The translations under genes and the position numbers were made by a program. A stretch of DNA of 32,000 nucleotides from Cylindrospermopsis raciborskii Cr2010 (GTDB lineage: Bacteria; Cyanobacteriota; Cyanobacteriia; Cyanobacteriales; Nostocaceae): positions 3,360,001-3,392,000 of the forward strand of contig NZ_CP065936.1 of NCBI RefSeq assembly GCF_003367075.2, read 5' to 3'. The notes beneath the pieces were generated by a model. That model was not told the origin of the DNA. It ran no database searches and saw only the letters and a list, made by a program, of their open reading frames with translations. This document shows, piece after piece, positions 7,820-16,444 of the stretch; the first letter of the stretch is position 1, and each line of letters opens with the position of its first letter.

Positions 7820-9535
7820 ATGGATATCTGTAGCAACTCTACCCCAGAAAATCCCATTTCTGGTATTAGTATACAAACCATTGGTAAATTGATTGGGGGT
7901 TTCACAAGTGAACTACCTATAGAATATCAACCCCCCATTATTAACCCACACATTATGGCTAAAAACCTCAGTGTCACCTTTAGACCCTTACCCAATGGGT
8001 ATGATAATCATAGAATTATTAAATTCCGTCAGGACTTAGCCATTAAATTAAAAAATTTGGGTGTTGCTGTGGTTCCTTGGCAAGATTCTATTAGGGACTT
8101 TTGTTATAGAATTAATGTTCCCATTGTTAATTGGCATTATTCTTTTACCATTAAGGGGGTAAGGTCAGAAATTGATGCAGTAATAGATGTAGCAAGGCCC
8201 AATTCATGGTTGAGAAAGTTGGGTATATTTGTCGCTGAAAGTATTTACACTTTATTTTATCGTTGGTTAATCAAGAAACAAAATATGTCTGTTGTACAAA
8301 TTGCTAGACTAAGTAGTTGGGCCGAAGACCATGCTGCTAAATACGTTGAAGATCCCACCAATACTCAAGTGATCATTCTTAGCGACATCGATGATAAATT
8401 TGTGAGTCCATTAACTCACTATCAAGAGAAAATTAGTATTGGGATTAACACCTTGATTCAAACGTTTTCTGAAATAGTAATTGGGGTGTCTAAAGAACAA
8501 ATCTCTATCCTAAATATGAATTTATCTGATTCTATTTTTCCTAGGACAGAAATTGATGATTTTATATTAAAATCCCTAATTCCTAAAATTTATGTTCCCA
8601 TTACCCCCCTATTAATGAATAGATTTGAACTGGGAGTCTATAATCCCTATCTATCTCCCTATGCTCATAAATTAGCAAAGTTAGGCAAGGAACTGACCTC
8701 AACAGGTTTGTTTCCACCAGGTTTTAAATTGGCGGAGGTGATTAAAAGAAAATCCCATAGGGATATAGTTAATGTTATCGTTAATGGGAGAACGGGGGTT
8801 TCCTATGGTTTTATAGCCTATATAGAACCACCTTCCTATGTGGGAGAAAGGGAAATAAGTGCCACCCAATGGGAAGATTTATTGGCAATTCCTGGATTGA
8901 ATAGTGATGAAGTGCGCAAAAATCAATCAGGTAGACGGTTTTTAAAAACACGGATTGGTGGAGATTATATATTTAAGCAAATTCCCGATATTTGGTTAGT
9001 TAGTTCCCGCTCAGGTTCCAATAAAACAGACCTGAGTCTGGAACAGGATGTTCTTCGCATTGGACTAACCAATAATTTACATCTCCAATTACCTCCAGCA
9101 CATAATTCCCACAAATCCGACATTAAACCTTCTTACGATATTTATGTCATGCTGGCAATTAGTTTGTCTGCTGCTTTATACGCACCAGAACTAATTGAAA
9201 ATGGAGCCCCCATCATTCACTTTCATGGTTATCCCGCTTTTGATTGGTTTCAAGAGGATGAATTTTGTTTTGGTGTTGATAATCCTTCTGTACCCTGTGG
9301 TACTTATGAGTCGGGTGTGTTTAATTTTCTAGGTCTTGCCAATTTCTCCGCTCAACCAACAAAACATATCAAACTAGTCAGTTTAATAGAACCAGACCAT
9401 GGTACTAATTTAATTGCTCGAGACACAGAATATTTAATTGATAGGTTGAAACATGGTTGTATCGCTGATAAAATTGAACTTGGTGGTCAGCATTTTGCTT
9501 CTTTAAGAACTAATTTGACCAGGAATATCCAATAA
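7658..9535 (+). CDS. TubC_N-type docking domain fused to a domain of about 570 aa of unknown function
   Basis: Start chosen at ATG 7658 (MNASEILALL...), 625 aa, with tGGAGa 8 nt upstream. The track ORF start at 7439 lies inside the ACP gene and spans the terminator. The rest is a long uninterrupted ORF with no motifs I can assign. It has no A-domain, C-domain (HHxxxDG), TE, reductase or methyltransferase signatures. Confidence 0.65.
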   Translation: MNASEILALLTKQGVEFWIENHQLNIRSPKGIITPEMQAEIASHKGDILALLQEMDICSNSTPENPISGISIQTIGKLIGGFTSELPIEYQPPIINPHIMAKNLSVTFRPLPNGYDNHRIIKFRQDLAIKLKNLGVAVVPWQDSIRDFCYRINVPIVNWHYSFTIKGVRSEIDAVIDVARPNSWLRKLGIFVAESIYTLFYRWLIKKQNMSVVQIARLSSWAEDHAAKYVEDPTNTQVIILSDIDDKFVSPLTHYQEKISIGINTLIQTFSEIVIGVSKEQISILNMNLSDSIFPRTEIDDFILKSLIPKIYVPITPLLMNRFELGVYNPYLSPYAHKLAKLGKELTSTGLFPPGFKLAEVIKRKSHRDIVNVIVNGRTGVSYGFIAYIEPPSYVGEREISATQWEDLLAIPGLNSDEVRKNQSGRRFLKTRIGGDYIFKQIPDIWLVSSRSGSNKTDLSLEQDVLRIGLTNNLHLQLPPAHNSHKSDIKPSYDIYVMLAISLSAALYAPELIENGAPIIHFHGYPAFDWFQEDEFCFGVDNPSVPCGTYESGVFNFLGLANFSAQPTKHIKLVSLIEPDHGTNLIARDTEYLIDRLKHGCIADKIELGGQHFASLRTNLTRNIQ

Positions 9536-9620
9536 ATAACTCAACGCACCCCATCTAAGTATAAGACTATAGATGGGTACTCAATTCAATAAGCAACTAG
9601 GAGAATAGAAATAGTATAAG

Positions 9621-10133
9621 CTATTGTTGAACTACTACAGGTGTACCTACACTAGCCCAGTTAAATATTAACTTAGCACGGTTAGGAGGGAGATTTATAC
9701 AACCATGACTTACCGGTGTACCAAAACGTTTATGCCAGTATGCTCCATGAATAGCATAACTACCATGATAATATAGAGTATAGGGCACATTGCCAATATT
9801 ATATCCCCTACCCCGCATGCGAGTAGTTTTATGTTTACTTTGAACCCTGAATCTACCCACAGGAGTGGGAGTTGACTTTTTACCAGAGGAAACTTTAAAT
9901 GTGTAGACGCGTCTTTTACCTTCCCAAGCAGTCAACTTTTGCTGTGATAGGTCCACCTGAATCCATCGCTCTGAAGATTTTTTAGGAATAGCTATAGCTA
10001 TATTCTGAGATGGTTTGTTTACCAGAGTTTGATCTGGTAAAGGAGTAAGAACACCAATGGTTAGGGTCAATAGTATGATCTTTAATCTATTTACCCAATT
10101 GAGATCATGTAGCTTGGACTTGTTCCTATTCAT
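9621..10133 (-). CDS. Secreted L,D-transpeptidase (YkuD domain)
   Basis: 170 aa with an N-terminal signal/anchor (LKIILLTLTIGVL). The catalytic motif is HGAYWHKRFGTPVSHGCINLP. Confidence 0.8.
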   Translation of the reverse strand: MNRNKSKLHDLNWVNRLKIILLTLTIGVLTPLPDQTLVNKPSQNIAIAIPKKSSERWIQVDLSQQKLTAWEGKRRVYTFKVSSGKKSTPTPVGRFRVQSKHKTTRMRGRGYNIGNVPYTLYYHGSYAIHGAYWHKRFGTPVSHGCINLPPNRAKLIFNWASVGTPVVVQQ

Positions 10134-10246
10134 GGGATGGTCCTCTAGTTTGTAGAATTCTGCTTTACATATATTTGAGTTAACCTTTTGAAAACTGCTT
10201 GTAACCCCATTCCCCCCAAGCTAATACTAGACTAATGCTTTCTAGG

Positions 10247-11509
10247 TTAAACTGCTGCTAGTTCACGGTATATCCGATCAACTTTGCTCTCTTCTATATC
10301 TCTAGCATAAATTTCGCAGGAATTGTTGGGACTTTCAATTAGTTTAACCTTGTGCAGTTTTGCTCCTAATTCTTCAATGGGCGATCGCACTACATTGGTA
10401 ATATAAACAGCAATATTTTCTGCAGTTGGTACAACCTCGGTAAAATAGGGGAGGTCTTGATTTAAGAAACTATGATCCATAGGTTCAATGACATAGTGTT
10501 GAATTATCTGATTTAATCCCACCAAATCAACACTCATTCCCGTGACTGAATCTATCTCCCCTTGAACCGTCACTTCCAAATAATAATTGTGTCCGTGACC
10601 ATTAATGCGAGAGCATTTGCCATAAATAGTCTGATTTTTCTCCAAACTAAGGGTAGGATCGGCCAACCGGTGTGCTGCGCTAAAACCCGTAGCTACACTG
10701 AAAAATATTTCTGAGTCCTTACCTTCATACTCTACCCACAAGTGGTCACTTTCAAATAATTTTACCCGGGACAATTTCACCCCCAGTTGACTAATGGGGA
10801 ATTGCAGCAAATCACTCATGTATCGGGCAATATTTTCCGTAGTAGGAACTATATGGGATGTAGAAAAGTAGGGAATATCTTCATTAATACAGGAATGGTC
10901 AAATAATTCCAGGATCTCCCGTTCTACAATTTCATGTAAACAGCCAAGGTCCACAATCATTCCCGTGCGTCCATCCATTTCTCCTTCCACAGTCACTTCT
11001 AAATGATAATTATGTCCATGGGTACGGGTACATTTGCCATATTTTTCTGCACTTAGATTGGGTGCTAACCGATGTGCAGCGCTGAAATGACTTCTCACGG
11101 TTAAGGAACTTTTTTCCCCTTCATATTCTGTCCACAGTTGGGGATGTTCAAATAGCTGCACGCGCACCAAGGGTAAATGAGGTGCCAGACGGTTCCAAAT
11201 TACCCTAGCAATATTCTCCGTGGTGGGTAGGGTGGCTTGAAATTCCTCCCACACCTCATTGAGGTAAGAAAAGTCCAGCTCGCTGGTAACTTCACTCTTA
11301 ATTACCTGTTTCACATCAGATAGATTAAGTACCATTCCATATTCATCCAGTTCACCCGACATGGAAATGAATAGCACGTAATTATGTCCATGTCCAGGAA
11401 ATTTCGCACACAGACCAAATTTTTCCACATTTTGCGCTTCACCAAGTTCTGGCAACCAATACCGACGACTTGCCGAAAATTGGGCGCGCCTATTTATGAT
11501 ACATTCCAT
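10247..11509 (-). CDS. Triple-tandem 6-pyruvoyl-tetrahydropterin synthase/QueD (COG0720, T-fold) fusion protein
   Basis: 420 aa made of three units of about 132 aa: nt 11117-11509, 10721-11116 and 10304-10720. Each has Cys-(x3 or x5)-HGHNY and P(T/-)T(E/A)ENIA. FSAAHRL and DH are present in units 2 and 3 only. Confidence 0.8.
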   Translation of the reverse strand: MECIINRRAQFSASRRYWLPELGEAQNVEKFGLCAKFPGHGHNYVLFISMSGELDEYGMVLNLSDVKQVIKSEVTSELDFSYLNEVWEEFQATLPTTENIARVIWNRLAPHLPLVRVQLFEHPQLWTEYEGEKSSLTVRSHFSAAHRLAPNLSAEKYGKCTRTHGHNYHLEVTVEGEMDGRTGMIVDLGCLHEIVEREILELFDHSCINEDIPYFSTSHIVPTTENIARYMSDLLQFPISQLGVKLSRVKLFESDHLWVEYEGKDSEIFFSVATGFSAAHRLADPTLSLEKNQTIYGKCSRINGHGHNYYLEVTVQGEIDSVTGMSVDLVGLNQIIQHYVIEPMDHSFLNQDLPYFTEVVPTAENIAVYITNVVRSPIEELGAKLHKVKLIESPNNSCEIYARDIEESKVDRIYRELAAV

Positions 11510-11593
11510 GATTGCACTAAGAACGGATTTTAATATTTCTTTATCTTTGACTGCTTTCAGTGTAGTCTAATTTGTTGCAGGTTGACAACTTAC

Positions 11594-11624
11594 CAAGAAA
11601 AAGGGTAGGACTTTATTCCTACCC
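11594..11624 (-). terminator. Rho-independent terminator of tkt
   Basis: The minus-strand RNA reads GGGUAGGA-AUAAAG-UCCUACCC followed by UUUUUCUU. The stem is 11603-11610 paired with 11617-11624. It lies 30 nt downstream of the tkt stop. Confidence 0.7.
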
Positions 11625-11653
11625 TGCATATAACCATTAAATATCTCAGGTGA

Positions 11654-13666
11654 CTAACCTAACAATGCTTGAGCTTTAGCTACCACATTGTCAACGGTAA
11701 ATCCAAATTTCTCCAGACAAATGCCACCTGGCGCAGAAGCACCAAATCTGTCAATACTAACAGCATCACCTTCAATTCCAATATATTTGTGCCAGCCAAA
11801 ACTGCTTCCAGCTTCTACAACTAGACGCTTGGTTACTGCCTTTGGTAACACCGACTCTTTATAGGAACTATCTTGCTCTTCAAACAAGTCTGTAGAAGGC
11901 ATAGAAACTACGCGCACCTTATTACCTGTAGCAGTTAGTTTTTCAGCAGCACCTACACACAGGCTTAATTCCGAACCTGTGCCAATAAGGATGATATCTG
12001 GTGTACCTTGAGAATCTAAAATGATATAACCACCCTTGGTCACACCTTCCACAGATGTACCTGCTAAGTTGGGAACATTTTGTCTAGTGAAAGCCAACAG
12101 GGTAGGAGCATTTTGTTTAGCTCTGGTAATAGCTACAGTGTAAGCTCCAGAAGATTCATTGCCATCAGCAGGACGAATCACTGTCAGGTTAGGAATCGCA
12201 CGAAGAGAAGCTAAGGTTTCAATCGGTTGGTGGGTTGGACCATCTTCCCCCTGACCAATGGAGTCGTGAGTCATTACCCAAATTACTCCAGCTTCAGACA
12301 AAGCAGACAGGCGAATAGCAGCCCGCATATAGTCAGTGAAAATTAGGAAGGTCGCACCATAAGGAATTAAACCTGAGCCATGTAAAGCCATGCCATTACA
12401 GATGGCACCCATAGCATGTTCTCTGACCCCGAAGTGAATATTACGGTTTTGGAATTGACCCTTTTGGAAGTCTCCTTCACCCTTAATTTCCGTTAGGTTG
12501 GAGTGGGTGAGGTCAGCAGAACCACCAATCAGCTCTGGTAAAACCCCAGCCAATTTATTCAGACAGGTTTCCGAATGCTTCCGGGTGGGTAATGCTTTGT
12601 CTGCTGCTGTGTAGGTGGGAAGAACTTGATTCCAACCATCGGGCAATTTACCACTGACCAGACGTTCAAATTCTGCTGCTTCTTGGGGATATTTAGCTTT
12701 GTAGTCTGCAAAAGCCTTATTCCATTCCTTCTCATAATCAGCACCACGACCTACTGCTTTACCTAGGTGACTAATTACATCTTGGGGAACCACAAAAGGT
12801 TCATATTCCCAACCTAGGTTTTTGCGGGTTAAAGCTACTTCATCACCGCCCAAAGCCGCACCATGAACACCCGCTGTATTGGCCTTATTAGGAGAACCAT
12901 AACCAATGGTAGTTGTTACCTTAATCATGGTTGGTTTGTCCTTAACCGACTTTGCTGATTCTATAGCTGCTGCGATCGCATTTATGTCGGTATTACCATT
13001 TTCCACATGCAGGACGTGCCATCCATAAGCTTCAAAACGTTTGGAAACATCCTCAGTAAAAGCAACATCTGTGGAGCCATCGATGGAGATATGGTTATCG
13101 TCATAGAGAGCAATTAGCTTACCTAACCCGTAGTGACCAGCCAAGGAAGCTGCTTCACCGGAAACACCTTCCATATTACATCCATCACCAAGGATAACAT
13201 AAGTGTAGTGGTCTACAATAGTGGATCCGGGTTTGTTAAATTTAGCAGCTAGGTGAGCTTCCGCCATAGCCAAACCAACTGCATTGGCAATTCCCTGACC
13301 CAAAGGACCAGTAGTTACCTCTACACCAGCTGTTTCAAAATTTTCTGGGTGTCCAGGAGTTCTAGAACCCCATTGACGAAATTGTTTAATATCCTCAATG
13401 GTGACGCTATCATAACCTGTAAGATACAGCATAGCATACTGCAACATACAACCATGACCAGCGGATAAGACAAAACGATCCCTATTAAACCAGCGAGGAT
13501 TTTTAGGGTTGTAGCGCATGAACTTATCCCACAGCACAAAAGCCATAGGAGCTGCTCCCATGGGGAGTCCAGGGTGTCCAGACTTAGATTTTTCTATAGC
13601 ATCAACAGCTAAGAAACGAATTGAGTTAATACAAAGTTCTTCGAGGGATTGGGTTACAACAGCCAT
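11654..13666 (-). CDS. tkt: Transketolase
   Basis: 670 aa. Motifs: [20 protein letters not shown] (TPP site), [18 protein letters not shown]. Confidence 0.95.
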   Translation of the reverse strand: MAVVTQSLEELCINSIRFLAVDAIEKSKSGHPGLPMGAAPMAFVLWDKFMRYNPKNPRWFNRDRFVLSAGHGCMLQYAMLYLTGYDSVTIEDIKQFRQWGSRTPGHPENFETAGVEVTTGPLGQGIANAVGLAMAEAHLAAKFNKPGSTIVDHYTYVILGDGCNMEGVSGEAASLAGHYGLGKLIALYDDNHISIDGSTDVAFTEDVSKRFEAYGWHVLHVENGNTDINAIAAAIESAKSVKDKPTMIKVTTTIGYGSPNKANTAGVHGAALGGDEVALTRKNLGWEYEPFVVPQDVISHLGKAVGRGADYEKEWNKAFADYKAKYPQEAAEFERLVSGKLPDGWNQVLPTYTAADKALPTRKHSETCLNKLAGVLPELIGGSADLTHSNLTEIKGEGDFQKGQFQNRNIHFGVREHAMGAICNGMALHGSGLIPYGATFLIFTDYMRAAIRLSALSEAGVIWVMTHDSIGQGEDGPTHQPIETLASLRAIPNLTVIRPADGNESSGAYTVAITRAKQNAPTLLAFTRQNVPNLAGTSVEGVTKGGYIILDSQGTPDIILIGTGSELSLCVGAAEKLTATGNKVRVVSMPSTDLFEEQDSSYKESVLPKAVTKRLVVEAGSSFGWHKYIGIEGDAVSIDRFGASAPGGICLEKFGFTVDNVVAKAQALLG

Positions 13667-13835
13667 AATCTCTTGTTTTTAAGGATGGGTGAGGAATTTT
13701 TGATAGCTTGGCTTTTTGCTTGGGGGACATTATTTAATGATCCCAGCACTTATATCATCCCATTTTGGCTGTAGATGGACAAGCGGGATCTGATGAGTTT
13801 TTAGTAGTTCTTGGTGATGAATCTGAGCTGGGTTC

Positions 13836-15083
13836 CTAATGGTACTTCCTAAAGGCAATAGTCACATTATGACCTCCAAAACCAAAGGAGTTAGATAGGG
13901 CCACTTCTACCCTTACTTCACGGCTTTTATGGGGCACATAATCTAAATCACACCCCGGATCTGGATTATCCAAGTGTATTGTAGGGGGGACTCGATCATT
14001 GGCGATCGCCAGAATTGTAGCCACAGCTTCTATTCCTCCCGAACCACCCAATAGATGACCGGTCATAGATTTAGTGGAACTAATTGGGATATTATAAGCA
14101 TAATCACCCAAAGCTTTTTTAATAGCCGCCGTTTCTGTGACATCATTAGCTGGGGTGCTAGTACCATGAGCATTGATATAACTAATCATAGCTGGTGTTA
14201 GTTCACCATCTCTCATGGCCAATTCCATAGCTTTAGCAGCACCCAAACCACCTGGTACAGGAGAGGTAATATGATAAGCATCACAGGTCATGCCATAGCC
14301 TACCATTTCCCCATATATTCGCGCACCCCTAGTCAAAGCATGTTCTAACTCTTCCAGAATTAGAATTCCTGAACCTTCCCCCATTACAAACCCATCCCTG
14401 TCCCGATCAAATGGACGACAGGCCGTTTCAGGATCATTTTTAGTAGATAAAGCCCTAGCAGCAGCAAATCCAGCCACAGAAAGAGGTGTAATTGCTGCCT
14501 CCGTACCCCCACAAATCATTGCTTGGGCATATCCATTTTGAATAATCCGAAAAGCATCACCAATAGCATTAGACCCAGCAGCACAGGCAGTAACCGCACA
14601 GGAATTGGGACCTTTAGCACCCGTATGGATTGCTGTTAACCCTGCGGCCATATTGGCAATCATCATTGGGATCATAAATGGACTACAGCGATCTGGACCT
14701 TTATTCAGGTACACAGTCTGCTGATCCTCCAACACCTTAATTCCCCCCACGCCCGAACCGATCATGACACCTATATGTTCGGCATTGAGGTCATTGATAA
14801 CTAATTGCGCGTCCGAAAGAGCTTGTTTGGCCGCCCCAATGCCAAATTGAGCAAACCGGTCTGTACGTTTAGCTTCCTTCTTCTCCATGTAATCACAGGG
14901 GTCAAATTTCTTCACCTCTCCCGCGATTCGGCAGTCGTGCTTGGACGGATCAAATGCTGTGATGTAGTCTATCCCATTCCTTCCGTCTAAGAGTCCTTCC
15001 CAATATTCCCAGGGTGTTTTACCAATAGGTGTAATCGCGCCAACACCTGTTACAACAACGCGATTACGTTTATAGTCTGTCAT
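13836..15083 (-). CDS. fabF: 3-oxoacyl-ACP synthase II
   Basis: 415 aa. Motifs: active-site VTACAAGSNAIG, NAHGTSTPANDVTE, SSTKSMTGHLLGGSG, NSFGFGGHN. It lies directly downstream of acpP. Confidence 0.95.
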   Translation of the reverse strand: MTDYKRNRVVVTGVGAITPIGKTPWEYWEGLLDGRNGIDYITAFDPSKHDCRIAGEVKKFDPCDYMEKKEAKRTDRFAQFGIGAAKQALSDAQLVINDLNAEHIGVMIGSGVGGIKVLEDQQTVYLNKGPDRCSPFMIPMMIANMAAGLTAIHTGAKGPNSCAVTACAAGSNAIGDAFRIIQNGYAQAMICGGTEAAITPLSVAGFAAARALSTKNDPETACRPFDRDRDGFVMGEGSGILILEELEHALTRGARIYGEMVGYGMTCDAYHITSPVPGGLGAAKAMELAMRDGELTPAMISYINAHGTSTPANDVTETAAIKKALGDYAYNIPISSTKSMTGHLLGGSGGIEAVATILAIANDRVPPTIHLDNPDPGCDLDYVPHKSREVRVEVALSNSFGFGGHNVTIAFRKYH

Positions 15084-15100
15084 GATTCAGTATCCAAGAC

Positions 15101-15367
15101 CTATAATGCGGACTCAGGAGCATTATTTATGATGTAATCTACTGCTTCCTGAACTGTAGTAATTTTTTCAGCAGCTTCATCGGGAATTTCCACCCCAAAT
15201 TCCTCTTCCAGGGCCATTACCAATTCCACCGTATCCAAAGAATCCGCCGACAAGTCATTGGCAAAACTTGCCTCGGGGATAACTGTTTCAGCATCAACAC
15301 TTAGTTGGTCAACCACAATTTTCTTTACTCTCTGAAAAGTTTTGTCAAAAATTTCATTCGCGCTCAT
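15101..15367 (-). CDS. acpP: Acyl carrier protein (type II FAS)
   Basis: [20 protein letters not shown]. Start placed at the internal Met (MSANEIF..., ATG complement at 15365-15367). The 16-codon extension in the track is atypical for AcpP. Confidence 0.9.
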   Translation of the reverse strand: MSANEIFDKTFQRVKKIVVDQLSVDAETVIPEASFANDLSADSLDTVELVMALEEEFGVEIPDEAAEKITTVQEAVDYIINNAPESAL

Positions 15368-15483
15368 ATAACAAACATTCCTTAACTTCTTGCTAGATCT
15401 GCTCACCGTGGACAATTTTTCCTGAGCATATACATCTTATCGGAAAGGGTGGTAACTAGCTAGTATTTTTCCAACTATCCACG

Positions 15484-15492
15484 TGCTATAAT
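15484..15492 (+). promoter_or_regulatory. Extended -10 element (TGcTATAAT), candidate promoter for the HdrB-like gene
   Basis: tgcTATAAT at 15484-15492, about 55 nt upstream of ATG 15548, in the divergent acpP spacer. The -35 is poor (tatttt). Confidence 0.3.
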
Positions 15493-15547
15493 TTCGCATA
15501 AGGCAATCCCCTGGGGAAACGCCAATTATTTATTGCTTCTTACACTC

Positions 15548-16438
15548 ATGCTCAAATACGCCTACTACCCTGGTTGTGTAGCCCAGGGCGCTTGTCGGGA
15601 GCTGGATATTTCCACTCGTGCTCTGACCCAATCTTTAGGGATCGAACTGGTAGAAATTAAAAAGGCCGCCTGCTGCGGTTCAGGAACCTTTAAGGAAGAT
15701 TCCCAATTGTTAGAGGACACTGTTAATGCTCGCAATATAGCTTTAGCAGAGGAATTAAACCTACCTTTGTTAACCCACTGTAGCACTTGCCAGGGTGTGA
15801 TCGGTCGTGTAAATGAACGACTTAAACACTGTCAAGAAAATAATCCGGTCTATTTAAACCAAGTTAATGGACTATTAACAAAAGAAAACTGTTCCCCTTA
15901 CCAGGGTAACACAGAAGTAAAACACATTTTATATGCTCTGATTCAAGACTATGGTTTGGAGAAAATAGGTCAGCGTCTGACTCGTAAATTAAGTAATCTT
16001 AAATGTGCTGCATTTTATGGTTGTTATTTACTGCGTTCAGAAAAACATCCTAATGAAGATCCCTTTCGCCCTGAAGGAATGGAAAACATATTTAGGGTTT
16101 TAGGTGCTACCCCAATATATTATCGTGGTAGAAATCAATGTTGTGGTTGGCCCCTTTCCAGCTACGGGACAAATGAGTCTTTTAAAATGGCAGGAATGCA
16201 CATTGAAGAAGCTATATCCCAAGGTGCGGATTGTATTGTGACACCTTGTCCCCTTTGTCATTTGAACCTAGATTCTCGTCAACCAGAAATAGAAAAAGTG
16301 ATATCGAAAAAACTACAACTGCCTATTTTACATTTACCCCAATTAATTGCCCTAGGTCTGGGAATTAGTCCCCAATTACTAGGTTTGGAACGTCATATTG
16401 TTTCCACTAAACCGGTTTTGGAAAAATTAGGAATCTGA
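15548..16438 (+). CDS. Cysteine-rich CCG-domain Fe-S protein (HdrB / type-E succinate dehydrogenase SdhE-like)
   Basis: There are two CCG-type motifs (KKAACCGSG...HCSTCQG and NQCCGWP...CPLCHLN). Start placed at ATG 15548 (MLKYAYYPGC) rather than TTG 15533. Confidence 0.7.
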   Translation: MLKYAYYPGCVAQGACRELDISTRALTQSLGIELVEIKKAACCGSGTFKEDSQLLEDTVNARNIALAEELNLPLLTHCSTCQGVIGRVNERLKHCQENNPVYLNQVNGLLTKENCSPYQGNTEVKHILYALIQDYGLEKIGQRLTRKLSNLKCAAFYGCYLLRSEKHPNEDPFRPEGMENIFRVLGATPIYYRGRNQCCGWPLSSYGTNESFKMAGMHIEEAISQGADCIVTPCPLCHLNLDSRQPEIEKVISKKLQLPILHLPQLIALGLGISPQLLGLERHIVSTKPVLEKLGI

Positions 16439-16444
16439 TTACTA

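Noticed and set aside
1-9535. Calling this the canonical heterocyst-glycolipid (hglE-hglB) locus
   Set aside because: Only the KR-DH, KS-like/AT and ER genes resemble it. The expected downstream KS/CLF, KR and ACP-thioester-reductase genes are replaced by a C domain, an ACP and an unknown protein. I have left the gene symbols empty.
7820-9535. Reading the unknown 570-aa region as an adenylation, condensation or thioesterase domain
   Set aside because: No A-domain core motifs and no HHxxxDG are present. The nearest candidate is HFHGYPAFD. The single GVSYG pentapeptide lacks the usual alpha/beta-hydrolase strand context.
9550-9577. The 8-bp hairpin cccatcta/tagatggg between the convergent 7658-9535 and L,D-transpeptidase genes, as a bidirectional terminator
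   Set aside because: The loop is 12 nt and neither strand has a U-tract. It may still be structural, but it is not supportable as a terminator.
12559-13539. Small ORFs inside tkt (12559-12747, 13253-13468, 13321-13539), plus similar ones inside fabF, glmM, minD, minC, glgA, hemC and hemB
   Set aside because: All are nested in strongly supported conserved genes, in alternative frames or strands, and have no motifs.
15368-15415. The 16-codon N-terminal extension of acpP in the track
   Set aside because: AcpP proteins are about 80-90 aa and begin near MS..EIF. The extension ([16 protein letters not shown]) is not ACP-like.
15455-15464. The perfect 10-bp palindrome actagctagt in the acpP/HdrB-like divergent spacer, as an operator
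   Set aside because: A 10-bp palindrome is expected by chance some tens of times in 32 kb, and I know no regulator motif that matches it.
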